Assembly: GCA_905234815.1 (NCBI GenBank)
Contig: CAJOIX010000001.1
Location: 52,603 to 116,602 of the forward strand
DNA from: an uncultured Prevotella sp.
Lineage (GTDB): Bacteria > Bacteroidota > Bacteroidia > Bacteroidales > Bacteroidaceae
Direction of reading: 5' to 3'
DNA length: 64,000 bases
The position numbers and the translations under genes were made by a program. Positions within the stretch are counted from its first letter, which is position 1. The number at the start of each line of letters is the position of its first letter. Below, piece after piece: positions 9,783-19,420 of the stretch. The notes beneath the pieces were generated by a model. That model was not told the origin of the DNA, searched no databases, and saw only the letters and a program-made list of their open reading frames with translations.

Positions 9783-10793
9783 ATGAATTGGAACACCATT
9801 AGCCGCCGCCGCTCAGAATTAATGGGCTTTGCCATGCTCATCATCGTACTCTTCCACGTGGCCTTACCCCGCACCGATGCCTTCTTCGGATTGAAGCGCA
9901 CCGGCAATCTCGGTGTAGATATCTTCTTCTTCCTCAGCGGCATGGGCTTGTGGTTTGCCTGGTCGAAAGCCTGCGAGCGCAACCCCGACATCAGTTTCGG
10001 CCATCGTTACTGGCAGTTCCTGCGCCGCCGTCTCATACGCATTTATCCAGCATGGCTCATCATGGCTTCGCTCTACTATATTCCCGATTACCTTCACGGA
10101 GGCGGCCACTCCCAGTCCATACCCGACCTCCTCGGCGATATACTCCTCAACTGGGGCTTTTGGCACCACGACGAGCTCACCTTCTGGTACATACCGGCCA
10201 TTTTCGCCTTCTACCTCATTGCCCCGTTCTATATGCAGCTCATCCGCCGCTGCGAGGCATACCGCTGGCTGCCCCTCGTGGCCGTGGTCTGGTGCGTCAT
10301 GGTACAGTGGGTCACCCCCGTCCATCAGATTGTCGGTCACATAGAAATTTTCTGGAGTCGGGTGCCCATCTTCCTCATCGGCGTGAACGCTGGCGAATGG
10401 ATTCGCTCCTCGCGACAGCACGACGCCCGCGCTTGGGGCATGGTGATGCTGCTCCTGCTCCTGCCGCTACTGGCATCGCTCCACATGGAGCAATACCACC
10501 ATGGCCGCTATCCGCTCTTTGTCAATCGTATGCTCTATATACCGCTGACAGTTTCCACCTGCATCCTCTTGGCTCATCTCCTCCAGCGCGTACCCGCATG
10601 GATTTGTCGCCCGCTCGCTTTTGTCGGCACCATCTCGCTCGAGATGTATCTGATTCATGCCAACTTCGTGCTCCACTGGCTCACGCCTCACCACCTCGGC
10701 TACTGGCCCACGGCCCTGCTCTGCATCGCAATCACACTGCCGCTGGCATGGCTGCTGCACAAAACACTGGAACCGATAATCGAAAAATTATAA
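9783..10793 (+). CDS. Acyltransferase family 3 (membrane O-acyltransferase)
   Basis: RSELMGFAMLIIVLFH, GVDIFFFLSGMGL, RRLIRIYP, FWYI, GTISLEMYLIH. Confidence 0.88.
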   Translation: MNWNTISRRRSELMGFAMLIIVLFHVALPRTDAFFGLKRTGNLGVDIFFFLSGMGLWFAWSKACERNPDISFGHRYWQFLRRRLIRIYPAWLIMASLYYIPDYLHGGGHSQSIPDLLGDILLNWGFWHHDELTFWYIPAIFAFYLIAPFYMQLIRRCEAYRWLPLVAVVWCVMVQWVTPVHQIVGHIEIFWSRVPIFLIGVNAGEWIRSSRQHDARAWGMVMLLLLLPLLASLHMEQYHHGRYPLFVNRMLYIPLTVSTCILLAHLLQRVPAWICRPLAFVGTISLEMYLIHANFVLHWLTPHHLGYWPTALLCIAITLPLAWLLHKTLEPIIEKL

Positions 10794-10806
10794 TCAATAC
10801 CATACA

Positions 10807-11685
10807 ATGAAAAACCTATTTCGGCTCATTCGTCCCCATCAGTGGATTAAGAACCTCTTCGTATTCCTGCCGTTGTTCTTCGGCGGAGTGGTCTTTCAGC
10901 CCTCCTTGTTCCTCAATGGCCTGCTCGCCTTCATGGCCTTCTCGTTTGTTGCCTCGTCAGTCTATTGTTTCAACGATATTGCCGACGCCGAGGCCGACCG
11001 TCGCCACCCCGTGAAGTGCAAGCGCCCGATAGCCTCCGGAGCCGTCAGCATCGGCAAAGCCTACGTGCTGATGGTACTCATGGCCACCATCGGAGCCCTG
11101 TGCATCGTGGCCCTGACACAAGAAGAAATGAAGCGCGTGGGCATCATCATCGCCACCTACTATGTGATGAACCTCGCCTATTGCGGCCGCCTCAAGGATT
11201 TCGCCATCCTCGATGTCTGCATCATAGCCTTCGGCTTCGTGCTGCGCATCCTCGCAGGTGCCGTGGCAGGCGGAGTGCAGCCCAGTCAGTGGATTCTGCT
11301 GATGACCTTCCTGCTCACACTCTTCCTCTCCTTTGCCAAGCGACGCGACGACGTGCTCCGCATGAACGCCACGGGCGAAGCACCCCGCAAGAACACCTCA
11401 CACTACAACCTGGAGTTCATCAATACCGCCATCACCATCACCGGAAGCATCACCCTGGTGTGCTACATCATGTACACCGTTTCGCCCGAAGTGGTGAAGA
11501 ACTTCCACACCAACTACCTCTATCTCACTTCCATCTTCGTGCTCATCGGCCTCTTGCGATACATACAAATCACCGTGGTGGAGCAGAAGAGCGGCGACCC
11601 CACCAAAATCATGCTGCGCGACCGGTTCATCCAACTCATTGTCGTGGCCTGGTTCGCCGCGTTCCTTATTATTATATATATATGA
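10807..11685 (+). CDS. UbiA-family polyprenyl-phosphate phosphoribosyltransferase (DPPR synthase-like)
   Basis: RPHQWIKNLFVF, YCFNDIADAEADRRHPVKCKRPIASG, AFGFVLRILAG, FAKRRDD, SGDPT. Confidence 0.9.
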   Translation: MKNLFRLIRPHQWIKNLFVFLPLFFGGVVFQPSLFLNGLLAFMAFSFVASSVYCFNDIADAEADRRHPVKCKRPIASGAVSIGKAYVLMVLMATIGALCIVALTQEEMKRVGIIIATYYVMNLAYCGRLKDFAILDVCIIAFGFVLRILAGAVAGGVQPSQWILLMTFLLTLFLSFAKRRDDVLRMNATGEAPRKNTSHYNLEFINTAITITGSITLVCYIMYTVSPEVVKNFHTNYLYLTSIFVLIGLLRYIQITVVEQKSGDPTKIMLRDRFIQLIVVAWFAAFLIIIYI

Positions 11686-12284
11686 TCGTACATCTCTTCG
11701 ACTTCGACGGAACCATCACCACGCACGACACAATGCTGGCCCTGGCCCGTTTCCGCAAGGGACGGCTGCGGCTCGTGCTGTTCTTCCTGCTCTATATGCC
11801 GTGGCTCGTGGCAATGAAACTCGGACTCTACAGCAACCAGCGCATGAAGGAACGCTTCTTGCGCCATTTCTTCGGACGGATGTCGGTCCATCGTTTCGGT
11901 CAGCTCTGTCAGCAGTTTGCCGAAGCGCACATACAGCTCGTCCGTCCCCGGGCGCTTCGCTGCATCGCACAGGCCAACGAACGGCATGAGCCAGTGGTCA
12001 TAATCAGCGCCTCGTGTGTGGAGTGGGTCCGGCCCATGATGCAGCAGTTCGATGTGCAGGTACACATCATCGGGTCTGAACTGGAAACCGCCGATGGCCG
12101 GCTCACAGGCTGCCTCAGCGGAAACAACTGCTACGGCGCAGAGAAAGTGCACCGTGCGCAGGAATATATAGCCCAACTCTCGCCCCAGCCCTCGTCGCTG
12201 AAAACCATTGCCTATGGCGACAGTCGGGGCGACAAAGAACTCTTAGCCTATGCCGATGAAAGCCACTATAAGCCGTTTCGCTGA
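11682..12284 (+). CDS. HAD-IB family phosphatase
   Basis: FDFDGTIT motif I, ISAS motif II, NCYGAEK, AYGDSRGD motif IV; ATGA overlap with the upstream stop. Confidence 0.9.
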   Translation: MIVHLFDFDGTITTHDTMLALARFRKGRLRLVLFFLLYMPWLVAMKLGLYSNQRMKERFLRHFFGRMSVHRFGQLCQQFAEAHIQLVRPRALRCIAQANERHEPVVIISASCVEWVRPMMQQFDVQVHIIGSELETADGRLTGCLSGNNCYGAEKVHRAQEYIAQLSPQPSSLKTIAYGDSRGDKELLAYADESHYKPFR

Positions 12285-12654
12285 ATGTCACCGGCAGCAA
12301 CTGTTTGAATTGCTGCGCTTTGGCATTGTCGGCATTGCCGCCACACTGCTCCAGTACGGCGTCTATCTCCTCCTGCTGCGCTGGCTGCAGCCTGCCGTGT
12401 CCAACACCGCGGCCTACATTGTGAGTTTCCTCTTCAACTATGTGGCCTCAGTGCTCTTCACCTTCCGCGTCAAATCCTCGGCCCGCCGTGGTGCTGGCTT
12501 CGCTCTGGCCCACCTCGTCAACTATACGTTGCAGACACTCTTGCTGTTCATCATGCTCTGGCTGGGCATACCCAAACAATGGGCCCTGCTGCCAGTATTC
12601 GCCGTCTGCGTGCCCGTGAATTTCCTCCTCGTGCGGTTTTTCCTGAAACGATAA
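12250..12654 (+). CDS. GtrA-family flippase-like membrane protein
   Basis: LLRFGIVG, SFLFNY..FTF, PVNFLL..FF; four TM segments; exact start uncertain. Confidence 0.88.
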   Translation: MPMKATISRFAECHRQQLFELLRFGIVGIAATLLQYGVYLLLLRWLQPAVSNTAAYIVSFLFNYVASVLFTFRVKSSARRGAGFALAHLVNYTLQTLLLFIMLWLGIPKQWALLPVFAVCVPVNFLLVRFFLKR

Positions 12655-12682
12655 AAAAGATAAATAAATTTTCTGCGTCTGG

Positions 12683-12716
12683 TTTGTACGCACATCTATT
12701 ATTTTTTTTATCTTTG
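12683..12716 (+). promoter_or_regulatory. Bacteroidetes sigma-ABfr promoter for tdk
   Basis: -7 TATCTTTG at 12709-12716 with TTTG upstream (spacing slightly long). Confidence 0.65.
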
Positions 12717-12724
12717 TTCCCACT

Positions 12725-13309
12725 ATGGCTGTAACAATACAAGGAGAATTTCACCGTCCAGGACGGATTGAAGTAGTGTGCGGCTCCATGTTCTCGGGCA
12801 AGACCGAAGAGCTCATTCGCCGCATGAAGCGCGCCAAGTTCGCGCAGCAGAAAGTAGAAATTTTTAAACCCGCCATCGATGTCAGATATTCGGAGGAAGA
12901 TGTGGTCAGCCACGACCAGACCCATATTCCCTCTACTCCCATCGATTCGTCGGCATCCATCTTGCTCTTGGCATCCGATATTGAGGTGGTAGGCATTGAC
13001 GAGGCGCAGTTCTTGGACGAAGGACTGGTGGAAGTGTGCAACACGCTGGCCAACCGCGGCGTGCGCGTCATCGTGGCCGGACTGGACATGGACTTCAAGG
13101 GTGTGCCCTTTGGTCCCATTCCCGCCCTGTGCGCCATTGCCGACGATGTGACAAAGGTGCACGCCATCTGCGTGAAGTGCGGCTCGCTGGCATATCTCAG
13201 TCACCGACTCGTGCAATCAGACAAACTCGTGGTGCTCGGCGAAAAAGACGAATACGAACCGCTCTGCCGCGATTGTTACATGAAGGCTATAGAAGCAGAA
13301 AATCAATGA
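12725..13309 (+). CDS. tdk: Thymidine kinase
   Basis: [24 protein letters not shown], Zn-binding C..C/CRDC. Confidence 0.97.
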   Translation: MAVTIQGEFHRPGRIEVVCGSMFSGKTEELIRRMKRAKFAQQKVEIFKPAIDVRYSEEDVVSHDQTHIPSTPIDSSASILLLASDIEVVGIDEAQFLDEGLVEVCNTLANRGVRVIVAGLDMDFKGVPFGPIPALCAIADDVTKVHAICVKCGSLAYLSHRLVQSDKLVVLGEKDEYEPLCRDCYMKAIEAENQ

Positions 13310-14418
13310 GAACAGAAATTACCTTCGATAAATTTGTCCGCTGGCTGGGCATCGGCCTGCTGGTTTGTGGCGTTCTTTGGGCCCTCAACTATCTGAGCAG
13401 CGTGTTGCTGCCTTTCTTCATCGCATGGTTCCTGGCCTATCTGTGCTATCCAATGGTGATTTTTATCGAGCGCCGGCTGCACATACGCATTCGCGCCCTT
13501 GCCATTTTGCTCACCATGTTGCTCTTCCTGCTGGGCGTGGTAGCCATCATCTACCTCATCATACCGCCCATGTTCGGACAGATGGAAAAAGTGAGCGATA
13601 TCATCACCCAATGGCTACAGGTTAAGACCCACACCAACAACCTGACGCGCTCCATTCAGGACTGGTTGATACAAAACCAAAGCGAAATAGAGCGGTTCTT
13701 CCGTTCGCGCGACTTCTCCGACGCCATAAAGACTGCCATGCCGCGCGTCTTCAATTTGCTCGGTCAGACCGCCACGGTCATCATCGGTATCGTCGGCTCA
13801 CTGATCACACTGCTCTATATGTTTTTCATCCTGATGGACTATGAGTACCTGACCAAATCGTGGATCAAGATATTCCCCAAGAGCACCCGTCCCTTCTGGA
13901 CGGAATTGATGAGCGACGTGGCTCAGGCGCTCAACAACTACATACGCGGACAAGGCACCGTAGCTTTCCTCATGGGGCTGATGTTCTGCATTGGCTTCAC
14001 ACTGATGGATTTCCCCATGGCCATCGGCTTGGGAATACTTATTGGACTGATGGACCTTGTGCCCTATCTGCACACCTTTGCCCTCATTCCTACCGCCTTT
14101 CTTGCCATGCTCAAAGCATCGGAAACAGGCCAAAGTTTCTGGGTGGTGTTCGGCATGGCTGTTGGACTCTTCATCGTGGTACAAATCATCACCGATATGA
14201 TTGTTACTCCCAAAGTGATGGGCAAGGCTATGGGACTGAATCCTGCCGTGTTGTTGCTCTCACTTTCCATTTGGGGAGCACTCTTGGGATTCATCGGACT
14301 GATCATCGCGCTGCCCGCCACCACACTCATCATGGCCTATTGGCAACGGTATGTCACACACGAACATGAGCCCAGCACCGTTGAGAGTGATAAAAAAGAG
14401 GAAACAAAAGAAAAATAA
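13306..14418 (+). CDS. AI-2E (PerM-like) family membrane transporter
   Basis: [35 protein letters not shown]; ATGA-coupled to tdk. Confidence 0.9.
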   Translation: MRTEITFDKFVRWLGIGLLVCGVLWALNYLSSVLLPFFIAWFLAYLCYPMVIFIERRLHIRIRALAILLTMLLFLLGVVAIIYLIIPPMFGQMEKVSDIITQWLQVKTHTNNLTRSIQDWLIQNQSEIERFFRSRDFSDAIKTAMPRVFNLLGQTATVIIGIVGSLITLLYMFFILMDYEYLTKSWIKIFPKSTRPFWTELMSDVAQALNNYIRGQGTVAFLMGLMFCIGFTLMDFPMAIGLGILIGLMDLVPYLHTFALIPTAFLAMLKASETGQSFWVVFGMAVGLFIVVQIITDMIVTPKVMGKAMGLNPAVLLLSLSIWGALLGFIGLIIALPATTLIMAYWQRYVTHEHEPSTVESDKKEETKEK

Positions 14419-14429
14419 CACCGCAGAAA

Positions 14430-14461
14430 TTTGCACAATCAAAAAAAACACCATACCTTTG
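14430..14461 (+). promoter_or_regulatory. Promoter for tRNA-Lys
   Basis: TTTG 14430-14433 and TACCTTTG 14454-14461, 20-nt spacer. Confidence 0.8.
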
Positions 14462-14492
14462 CACACGCTTTTGAAAATAAAGGCAACGGATT

Positions 14493-14565
14493 GACTCGTT
14501 AGCTCAGTTGGTAGAGCATCACACTTTTAATGTGGGGGTCTTGGGTTCGAGCCCCAAACGGGTCA
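14493..14565 (+). tRNA. tRNA-Lys(TTT)
   Basis: Cloverleaf: GACTCGT/ACGGGTC acceptor stem, D arm GCTC-GAGC, anticodon loop CTTTTAA, T arm TTGGG-TTCGAGC-CCCAA. Confidence 0.97.
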
Positions 14566-14570
14566 CAGAA

Positions 14571-14612
14571 AAACGCAGAAAGAGGGCTTCAATATCCCTC
14601 TTTCTGCGTTTA
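14571..14612 (+). terminator. Intrinsic terminator after tRNA-Lys
   Basis: AAACGCAGAAAGAGGG / CCCTCTTTCTGCGTTT perfect stem. Confidence 0.85.
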
Positions 14613-14767
14613 TGCAATAAACTTTGATCTCGTGAACATCTTCTCAGTATGGCATCATTCAAAGGTGACTAACCTGTACATTCCGAAACTTTTGAAAAAA
14701 AGAAATCGAGGAGGTATTGGTTCTAAAAAAAAAGTAGTACTTTTGTATCCATATATATTGTCAAATA

Positions 14768-15061
14768 ATGGAAGCAAGAGAATTTTATCAATTGTTGGAT
14801 GAGCTTGAGGATCGTTTAATAAATAGAGAGCTAGATCTAGGCTTGTTGCTTGACTATGAAAATAATCAAGGAGAAAGAAGGCAGTTTAAGGTAATAAATA
14901 TTACATCCTCTCCCTATCCAGGATGCTTTGAAGCAGATTGCTATAGTGCTTATGTAGACGAATATATACAACTAGTTGCAGATATTGACGACCCAAGCAT
15001 GGCTGTGTCTAGTCATAGAACATTTAAGATTAAGAATATAATTTCGGCTAGTATATGTTAA
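14768..15061 (+). CDS. Small stand-alone WYL-like domain protein in an AT-rich islet
   Basis: LDYENNQGERRQFKV...CFEADCY...HRTFKIKNIISA resembles the WYL pattern; -7 box TACTTTTG at 14738-14745. Confidence 0.6.
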   Translation: MEAREFYQLLDELEDRLINRELDLGLLLDYENNQGERRQFKVINITSSPYPGCFEADCYSAYVDEYIQLVADIDDPSMAVSSHRTFKIKNIISASIC

Positions 15062-15324
15062 TCTCGAATTGAGTTTTTTTCCCAATTAGCTTCTGTACTT
15101 TCGCCGTGTGGGATCAGTTCAGATTTAATTATACCCATATCACGAACAAAGCTCTTTGTAGGGTCGCAAATGATGTAGATTTTGTTATTTTTTTATTCAT
15201 TATAGAATAAAAATATCCTGCAATTTTTAAAGAAGATTTTCTTATCTTTGCAGACAGCAATGGACATCCCCTGTTGTCCTCAAATTTTTCGTAAATCTTC
15301 CACTCGCACACAAAGGAAAAACGT

Positions 15325-18300
15325 ATGCACGATTTTATCCACCTACACGTTCACACTTACTATAGCCTTCTTGACGGGCAATCGCCTATTCCGCGCCTTG
15401 TTGATAAAGCCATCGACAATGGTATGCGCGGCATGGCCATCACCGACCACGGAGCAATGTATGGTATCAAAGAGTTTTTCGACTATACAAGCAAAAAAAA
15501 TAAGGAGCGTAAGGCCAAAGGATTAGAACCATTCAAACCCATCTTTGGCTGTGAAATGTATGTGGCTCATCACCGCAAAGAGGATAAAGTGAAAGAGCAT
15601 GGGGACATGAGTGGATACCACCTCATTGTGCTCGCAAAAAATCTGACGGGTTATAAGAATCTGATACAACTTGTTTCGCGTTCATGGGTGGATGGATATT
15701 ATATGCGTCCGCGAACCGACCGTGCTGATTTGGAGCAGTTTCACGAGGGACTGATTGTCTGCTCGGCTTGTATTGCAGGAGAAGTTCCTTCCAAAATTTT
15801 GCACGACGACATTGAGGGGGCTCGCGAAGCCATAGAGTTTTATCATCGCGTATTTGGCGATGACTACTATCTCGAGCTGCAGCGCCACGAGGTGAAAGAT
15901 CCTTCAATCCGGGCAAATCGTGAAACCTTCCCCATGCAGCAACGTGCCAACAGAGTGCTCATGCAGTTGGCCGAAGAGTACGGCATCAAACTGATTTGCT
16001 CTAACGACTCACACTTCGTGGATCAGGAGAATGCCGAAGCACACGACCACTTGCTCTGTCTGGCCACAAAGAAGGAACTGAACGACCCCACGCGTATGCT
16101 CTACTCGAAGCAGGAGTGGTTTAAGACGCGTGAGGAGATGAATGAAATCTTTGACGATGTGCCTCAAGCACTCACCAATACGCTGGAAATTCTCGATAAG
16201 GTTGAATTCTATAGTATAAACCACGACCCCATCATGCCGTTCTTCCCGATACCCGAAACCTTCGGAACGGAAGACGAAATCCGCAAGCAATATACTCCCG
16301 AACAGTTGATTCGCGAATTTACCACCGACGAAAACGGTGAGAACCCTTTGGACGAGGTTGCTGCAAAGAAGAAGATAGATCATCTGGGTGGACTCGATAA
16401 ACTCTATCGCATCAAGTTCGAAGCAGAGTATCTGAAGTATCTGGCCTACCAAGGCGCCCACCGTCTCTATGGCGAGAATCTCTCGCAGGAGGTTGACGAC
16501 CGCATCCGATTCGAGTTGCACATCATGAAGACCATGGGTTTCCCAGGCTACTTCCTCATCGTTCAGGACTTTATCAATGCTGCCCGCACGGAACTTGACG
16601 TGATGGTGGGTCCGGGACGTGGATCTGCGGCAGGGTCGGTGGTGGCCTACTGCCTGGGCATCACGCAAATTGACCCGATGAAATACGATCTTCTGTTTGA
16701 GCGTTTCCTCAATCCTGACCGTATCTCCCTGCCCGATATTGATACTGACTTTGACGATGATGGACGAGGAAAGGTGCTGCAATGGGTGCAGGAAAAATAT
16801 GGTTACGAGAAGTGTGCACATATCATCACCTACAGCACGATGGCCATGAAGAACTCCATCAAGGATGTGGCCCGCGTCGAAGGTCTTTCCCCTGACCGTG
16901 CCAATGCGCTCTGCAAGGCTCTTCCCGATTCTCTTCCCGACGGAGAAAAACTCAATCTGGTCAATGCCGTGCGCCATTCGAAAGAACTGCGCGATGCCGA
17001 AGCCAGTGCTGATCCGCGTGAACGCAACACCATTAAGTATGCCAAGATGCTCGAAGGAACAGTGCGCGGAACGGGTATTCATGCCTGTGGTTTCATCATT
17101 TGTCGCGACCCTATCAGCCACTGGGTTCCGCTTTCCACGGCCGATGACCCTGACTTCAAAGGCGAGAAGACCAATTGCACACAGTACGATGGTCACGTGA
17201 TTGAGGATACCGGACTGATTAAGATGGACTTCCTGGGCTTGAAAACCCTCTCCGAGTTGAAAGAGGCTGTTGCCAATATCAAACAGACGCGTGGCATTGA
17301 CATCGATCTCGAGACCATTCCCATTGACGACGCCAAGACCTACAAGCTTTATCAGGAAGGCCGGACAACGGGTACATTCCAGTTTGAATCGACAGGTATG
17401 CAGAAAAACCTGCGCGAACTCAAGCCCACGGTCTTTGAAGACCTCATTGCCATGAACGCCCTTTATCGTCCAGGGCCTATGCAGTACATCCCTGACTTCA
17501 TCAAGCGTAAGCACGATCCCTCGCTTGTTACCTACGATTTGCCCTGCATGGAGAAATATCTTAAAGACACCTATGGAGTGACCGTCTATCAAGAGCAGGT
17601 CATGCTGCTCTCTCGCGAATTGGCCGGATTTACTCGCGGTCAGAGTGATACGCTCCGTAAGGCAATGGGTAAGAAATTGAAAGAAAAAATGGCTGAACTC
17701 GAGCAGTTGTTCTACCAGGGCGGACAAGCCAACGGACATCCCAAGAAAACGCTTGAAAAAATATGGAGCGACTGGACCCATTTTGCCGAATATGCTTTCA
17801 ATAAGAGTCATGCCACGTGCTACTCGTGGGTGGCTTACCAAACAGCTTATCTCAAGGCCAATTATCCTGCTGAATACATGGCGGCCATCATGTCGCGCAG
17901 AAAGGATGATATCAAAGAAACCACCAAACTTATGGACGAGTGTCGTGCCATGAAAATCGAGACGCTCGGACCCGACGTGAACGAGAGCTACCAGAAGTTC
18001 GGTGTGAATAAGAAAGGCCAAATCCGCTTCGGCCTGGCGGCCATCAAGGGTATGGGCAACAATGCCGCAGAGGCCATCATTCAGGAGCGTGTGCAGAATG
18101 GTCCGTATAAGGACATCTATGATTTTGTGCAGCGCGTTGATTTGAGTGCGGTCAATCGTTCCTCAATGGAAGCATTGGTGCTCAGCGGTGCGTTCGACAG
18201 TTTTGGCATCCGCCGCGAAAGTTTTTATGGAGTAGGAAAGAAGGGAGGAACTTTCCTCGATACCATTATACGCTACGGTCAGCTCTATCAAAGTGAGCAA

Positions 18301-19032
18301 AGCGAGGTGCAAAATTCGCTCTTTGGCATGGGTGAGGCTGTGGAAATTGCCAAACCGCCCATTCCCGATGTCGAGGAGTGGAGTACCATTGAACGGTTAA
18401 ATCGTGAACGCGAGCTGGTGGGTATCTATCTTTCGGCTCATCCGCTCGACGAGTTCATTTCCGTGTTTAAGGTCTTGTGCAATACGCAATGTACGGAGTT
18501 GAATGACCGCGATGCCTTGGCAGAAAAATCGGAATTTACCCTTGGCGGCATTGTTACCGAAGTTCGCAACCAGTACACCAAGCGCGGAGACCCCTGTGGC
18601 TTTGTTACCATCGAAGATTTCGAAGGCTCTGGCGAACTGGCCCTTTTTGGCGAAGAATGGGGCCGCTGGCGGGGAATGTTCACCGTTGGCTGCACCATAT
18701 TCATTCGTGGAAAGGCCACCCGCAAATTTAAGAACAGCACATTTGTCAATCTCTCGCTCAGCGAAGTGCGGTATCTCCAAAATATGGAGGAAGAGCAAAT
18801 CCACTCTTTCACCATCACCCTTGATCCGTCACGAGTTGACAAGGAAATAATTCTTGAGTTCGTTCAGCTCCTGCAAAACTCCCCAGGCAAGGTGCCGCTC
18901 CACCTGCAAATACTCGATGCCAACACAGGTCTGAGTATCCCGTTAAAGTCCAAGGCCCAAGGTGTTCATCTGAACCGGCGAATCCTCTATTTCCTTGATA
19001 ATCAGGAAGAACTAAGCTACACCATCAGCTGA
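15325..19032 (+). CDS. dnaE: DNA polymerase III alpha subunit
   Basis: PHP HLHVHTYYSLLDG, GRGSAAGS, PDIDTDF, YAFNKSH, OB domain; -7 TATCTTTG near 15243-15250. Confidence 0.98.
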   Translation: MHDFIHLHVHTYYSLLDGQSPIPRLVDKAIDNGMRGMAITDHGAMYGIKEFFDYTSKKNKERKAKGLEPFKPIFGCEMYVAHHRKEDKVKEHGDMSGYHLIVLAKNLTGYKNLIQLVSRSWVDGYYMRPRTDRADLEQFHEGLIVCSACIAGEVPSKILHDDIEGAREAIEFYHRVFGDDYYLELQRHEVKDPSIRANRETFPMQQRANRVLMQLAEEYGIKLICSNDSHFVDQENAEAHDHLLCLATKKELNDPTRMLYSKQEWFKTREEMNEIFDDVPQALTNTLEILDKVEFYSINHDPIMPFFPIPETFGTEDEIRKQYTPEQLIREFTTDENGENPLDEVAAKKKIDHLGGLDKLYRIKFEAEYLKYLAYQGAHRLYGENLSQEVDDRIRFELHIMKTMGFPGYFLIVQDFINAARTELDVMVGPGRGSAAGSVVAYCLGITQIDPMKYDLLFERFLNPDRISLPDIDTDFDDDGRGKVLQWVQEKYGYEKCAHIITYSTMAMKNSIKDVARVEGLSPDRANALCKALPDSLPDGEKLNLVNAVRHSKELRDAEASADPRERNTIKYAKMLEGTVRGTGIHACGFIICRDPISHWVPLSTADDPDFKGEKTNCTQYDGHVIEDTGLIKMDFLGLKTLSELKEAVANIKQTRGIDIDLETIPIDDAKTYKLYQEGRTTGTFQFESTGMQKNLRELKPTVFEDLIAMNALYRPGPMQYIPDFIKRKHDPSLVTYDLPCMEKYLKDTYGVTVYQEQVMLLSRELAGFTRGQSDTLRKAMGKKLKEKMAELEQLFYQGGQANGHPKKTLEKIWSDWTHFAEYAFNKSHATCYSWVAYQTAYLKANYPAEYMAAIMSRRKDDIKETTKLMDECRAMKIETLGPDVNESYQKFGVNKKGQIRFGLAAIKGMGNNAAEAIIQERVQNGPYKDIYDFVQRVDLSAVNRSSMEALVLSGAFDSFGIRRESFYGVGKKGGTFLDTIIRYGQLYQSEQSEVQNSLFGMGEAVEIAKPPIPDVEEWSTIERLNRERELVGIYLSAHPLDEFISVFKVLCNTQCTELNDRDALAEKSEFTLGGIVTEVRNQYTKRGDPCGFVTIEDFEGSGELALFGEEWGRWRGMFTVGCTIFIRGKATRKFKNSTFVNLSLSEVRYLQNMEEEQIHSFTITLDPSRVDKEIILEFVQLLQNSPGKVPLHLQILDANTGLSIPLKSKAQGVHLNRRILYFLDNQEELSYTIS

Positions 19033-19105
19033 TACAATCGCGTTGGCACGATGTTTGCAGCAGAATTAGTAAGACATTATATTATCATCAATAAAATTTT
19101 GAATT

Positions 19106-19420
19106 ATGGAAGTAACAATCACAAGCGAGAATTTTAAGCAGTTGGTCGATGGAGAACTGCCTTTAGTAGTTGATTTGTGGGCACCTTGGTGCGGTCCGTG
19201 CCGTATGTTGGGTCCCATTGTCTCTCAGTTGGCTGAAGAATACGACGGCCGTATCGTTGTGGGTAAGTGCGATGTTGAGGAAAACGAAGACATTGCCATG
19301 GAGTTTGGCGTACGGAACATTCCCACCATTCTGTTCTTTAAGAACGGTCAGGTGGTTGATAAGTTTGTAGGTGCAGCCCCGAAGCCTGTACTCGAAGAGA
19401 AATTTAAGGCACTTTTATAA
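19106..19420 (+). CDS. trxA: Thioredoxin
   Basis: WAPWCGPC, VRNIPT. Confidence 0.97.
   Translation: MEVTITSENFKQLVDGELPLVVDLWAPWCGPCRMLGPIVSQLAEEYDGRIVVGKCDVEENEDIAMEFGVRNIPTILFFKNGQVVDKFVGAAPKPVLEEKFKALL

Noticed and set aside
10965-13305. Long N-terminal extensions of the HAD (10965) and AI-2E (13036) ORFs
   Set aside because: They overlap real upstream genes; the true starts are ATGA-coupled at 11682 and 13306.
15096-15160. Possible sRNA downstream of the WYL-like gene
   Set aside because: -7-like box lacks a properly spaced -33, the hairpin is weak, and there is no terminator.
14493-15325. Prophage/ICE integrated at tRNA-Lys
   Set aside because: No integrase and no duplicated tRNA 3' end found.
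14418-15345. oriC at the apparent skew switch
   Set aside because: No DnaA-box cluster; only one near-match, inside dnaE.
16009-18021. Long antisense or alternative-frame ORFs (e.g. 16009-18021, 32816-33964, 53424-55004, 59503-60858)
   Set aside because: Shadow frames of strongly codon-biased genes, with no recognisable motifs.
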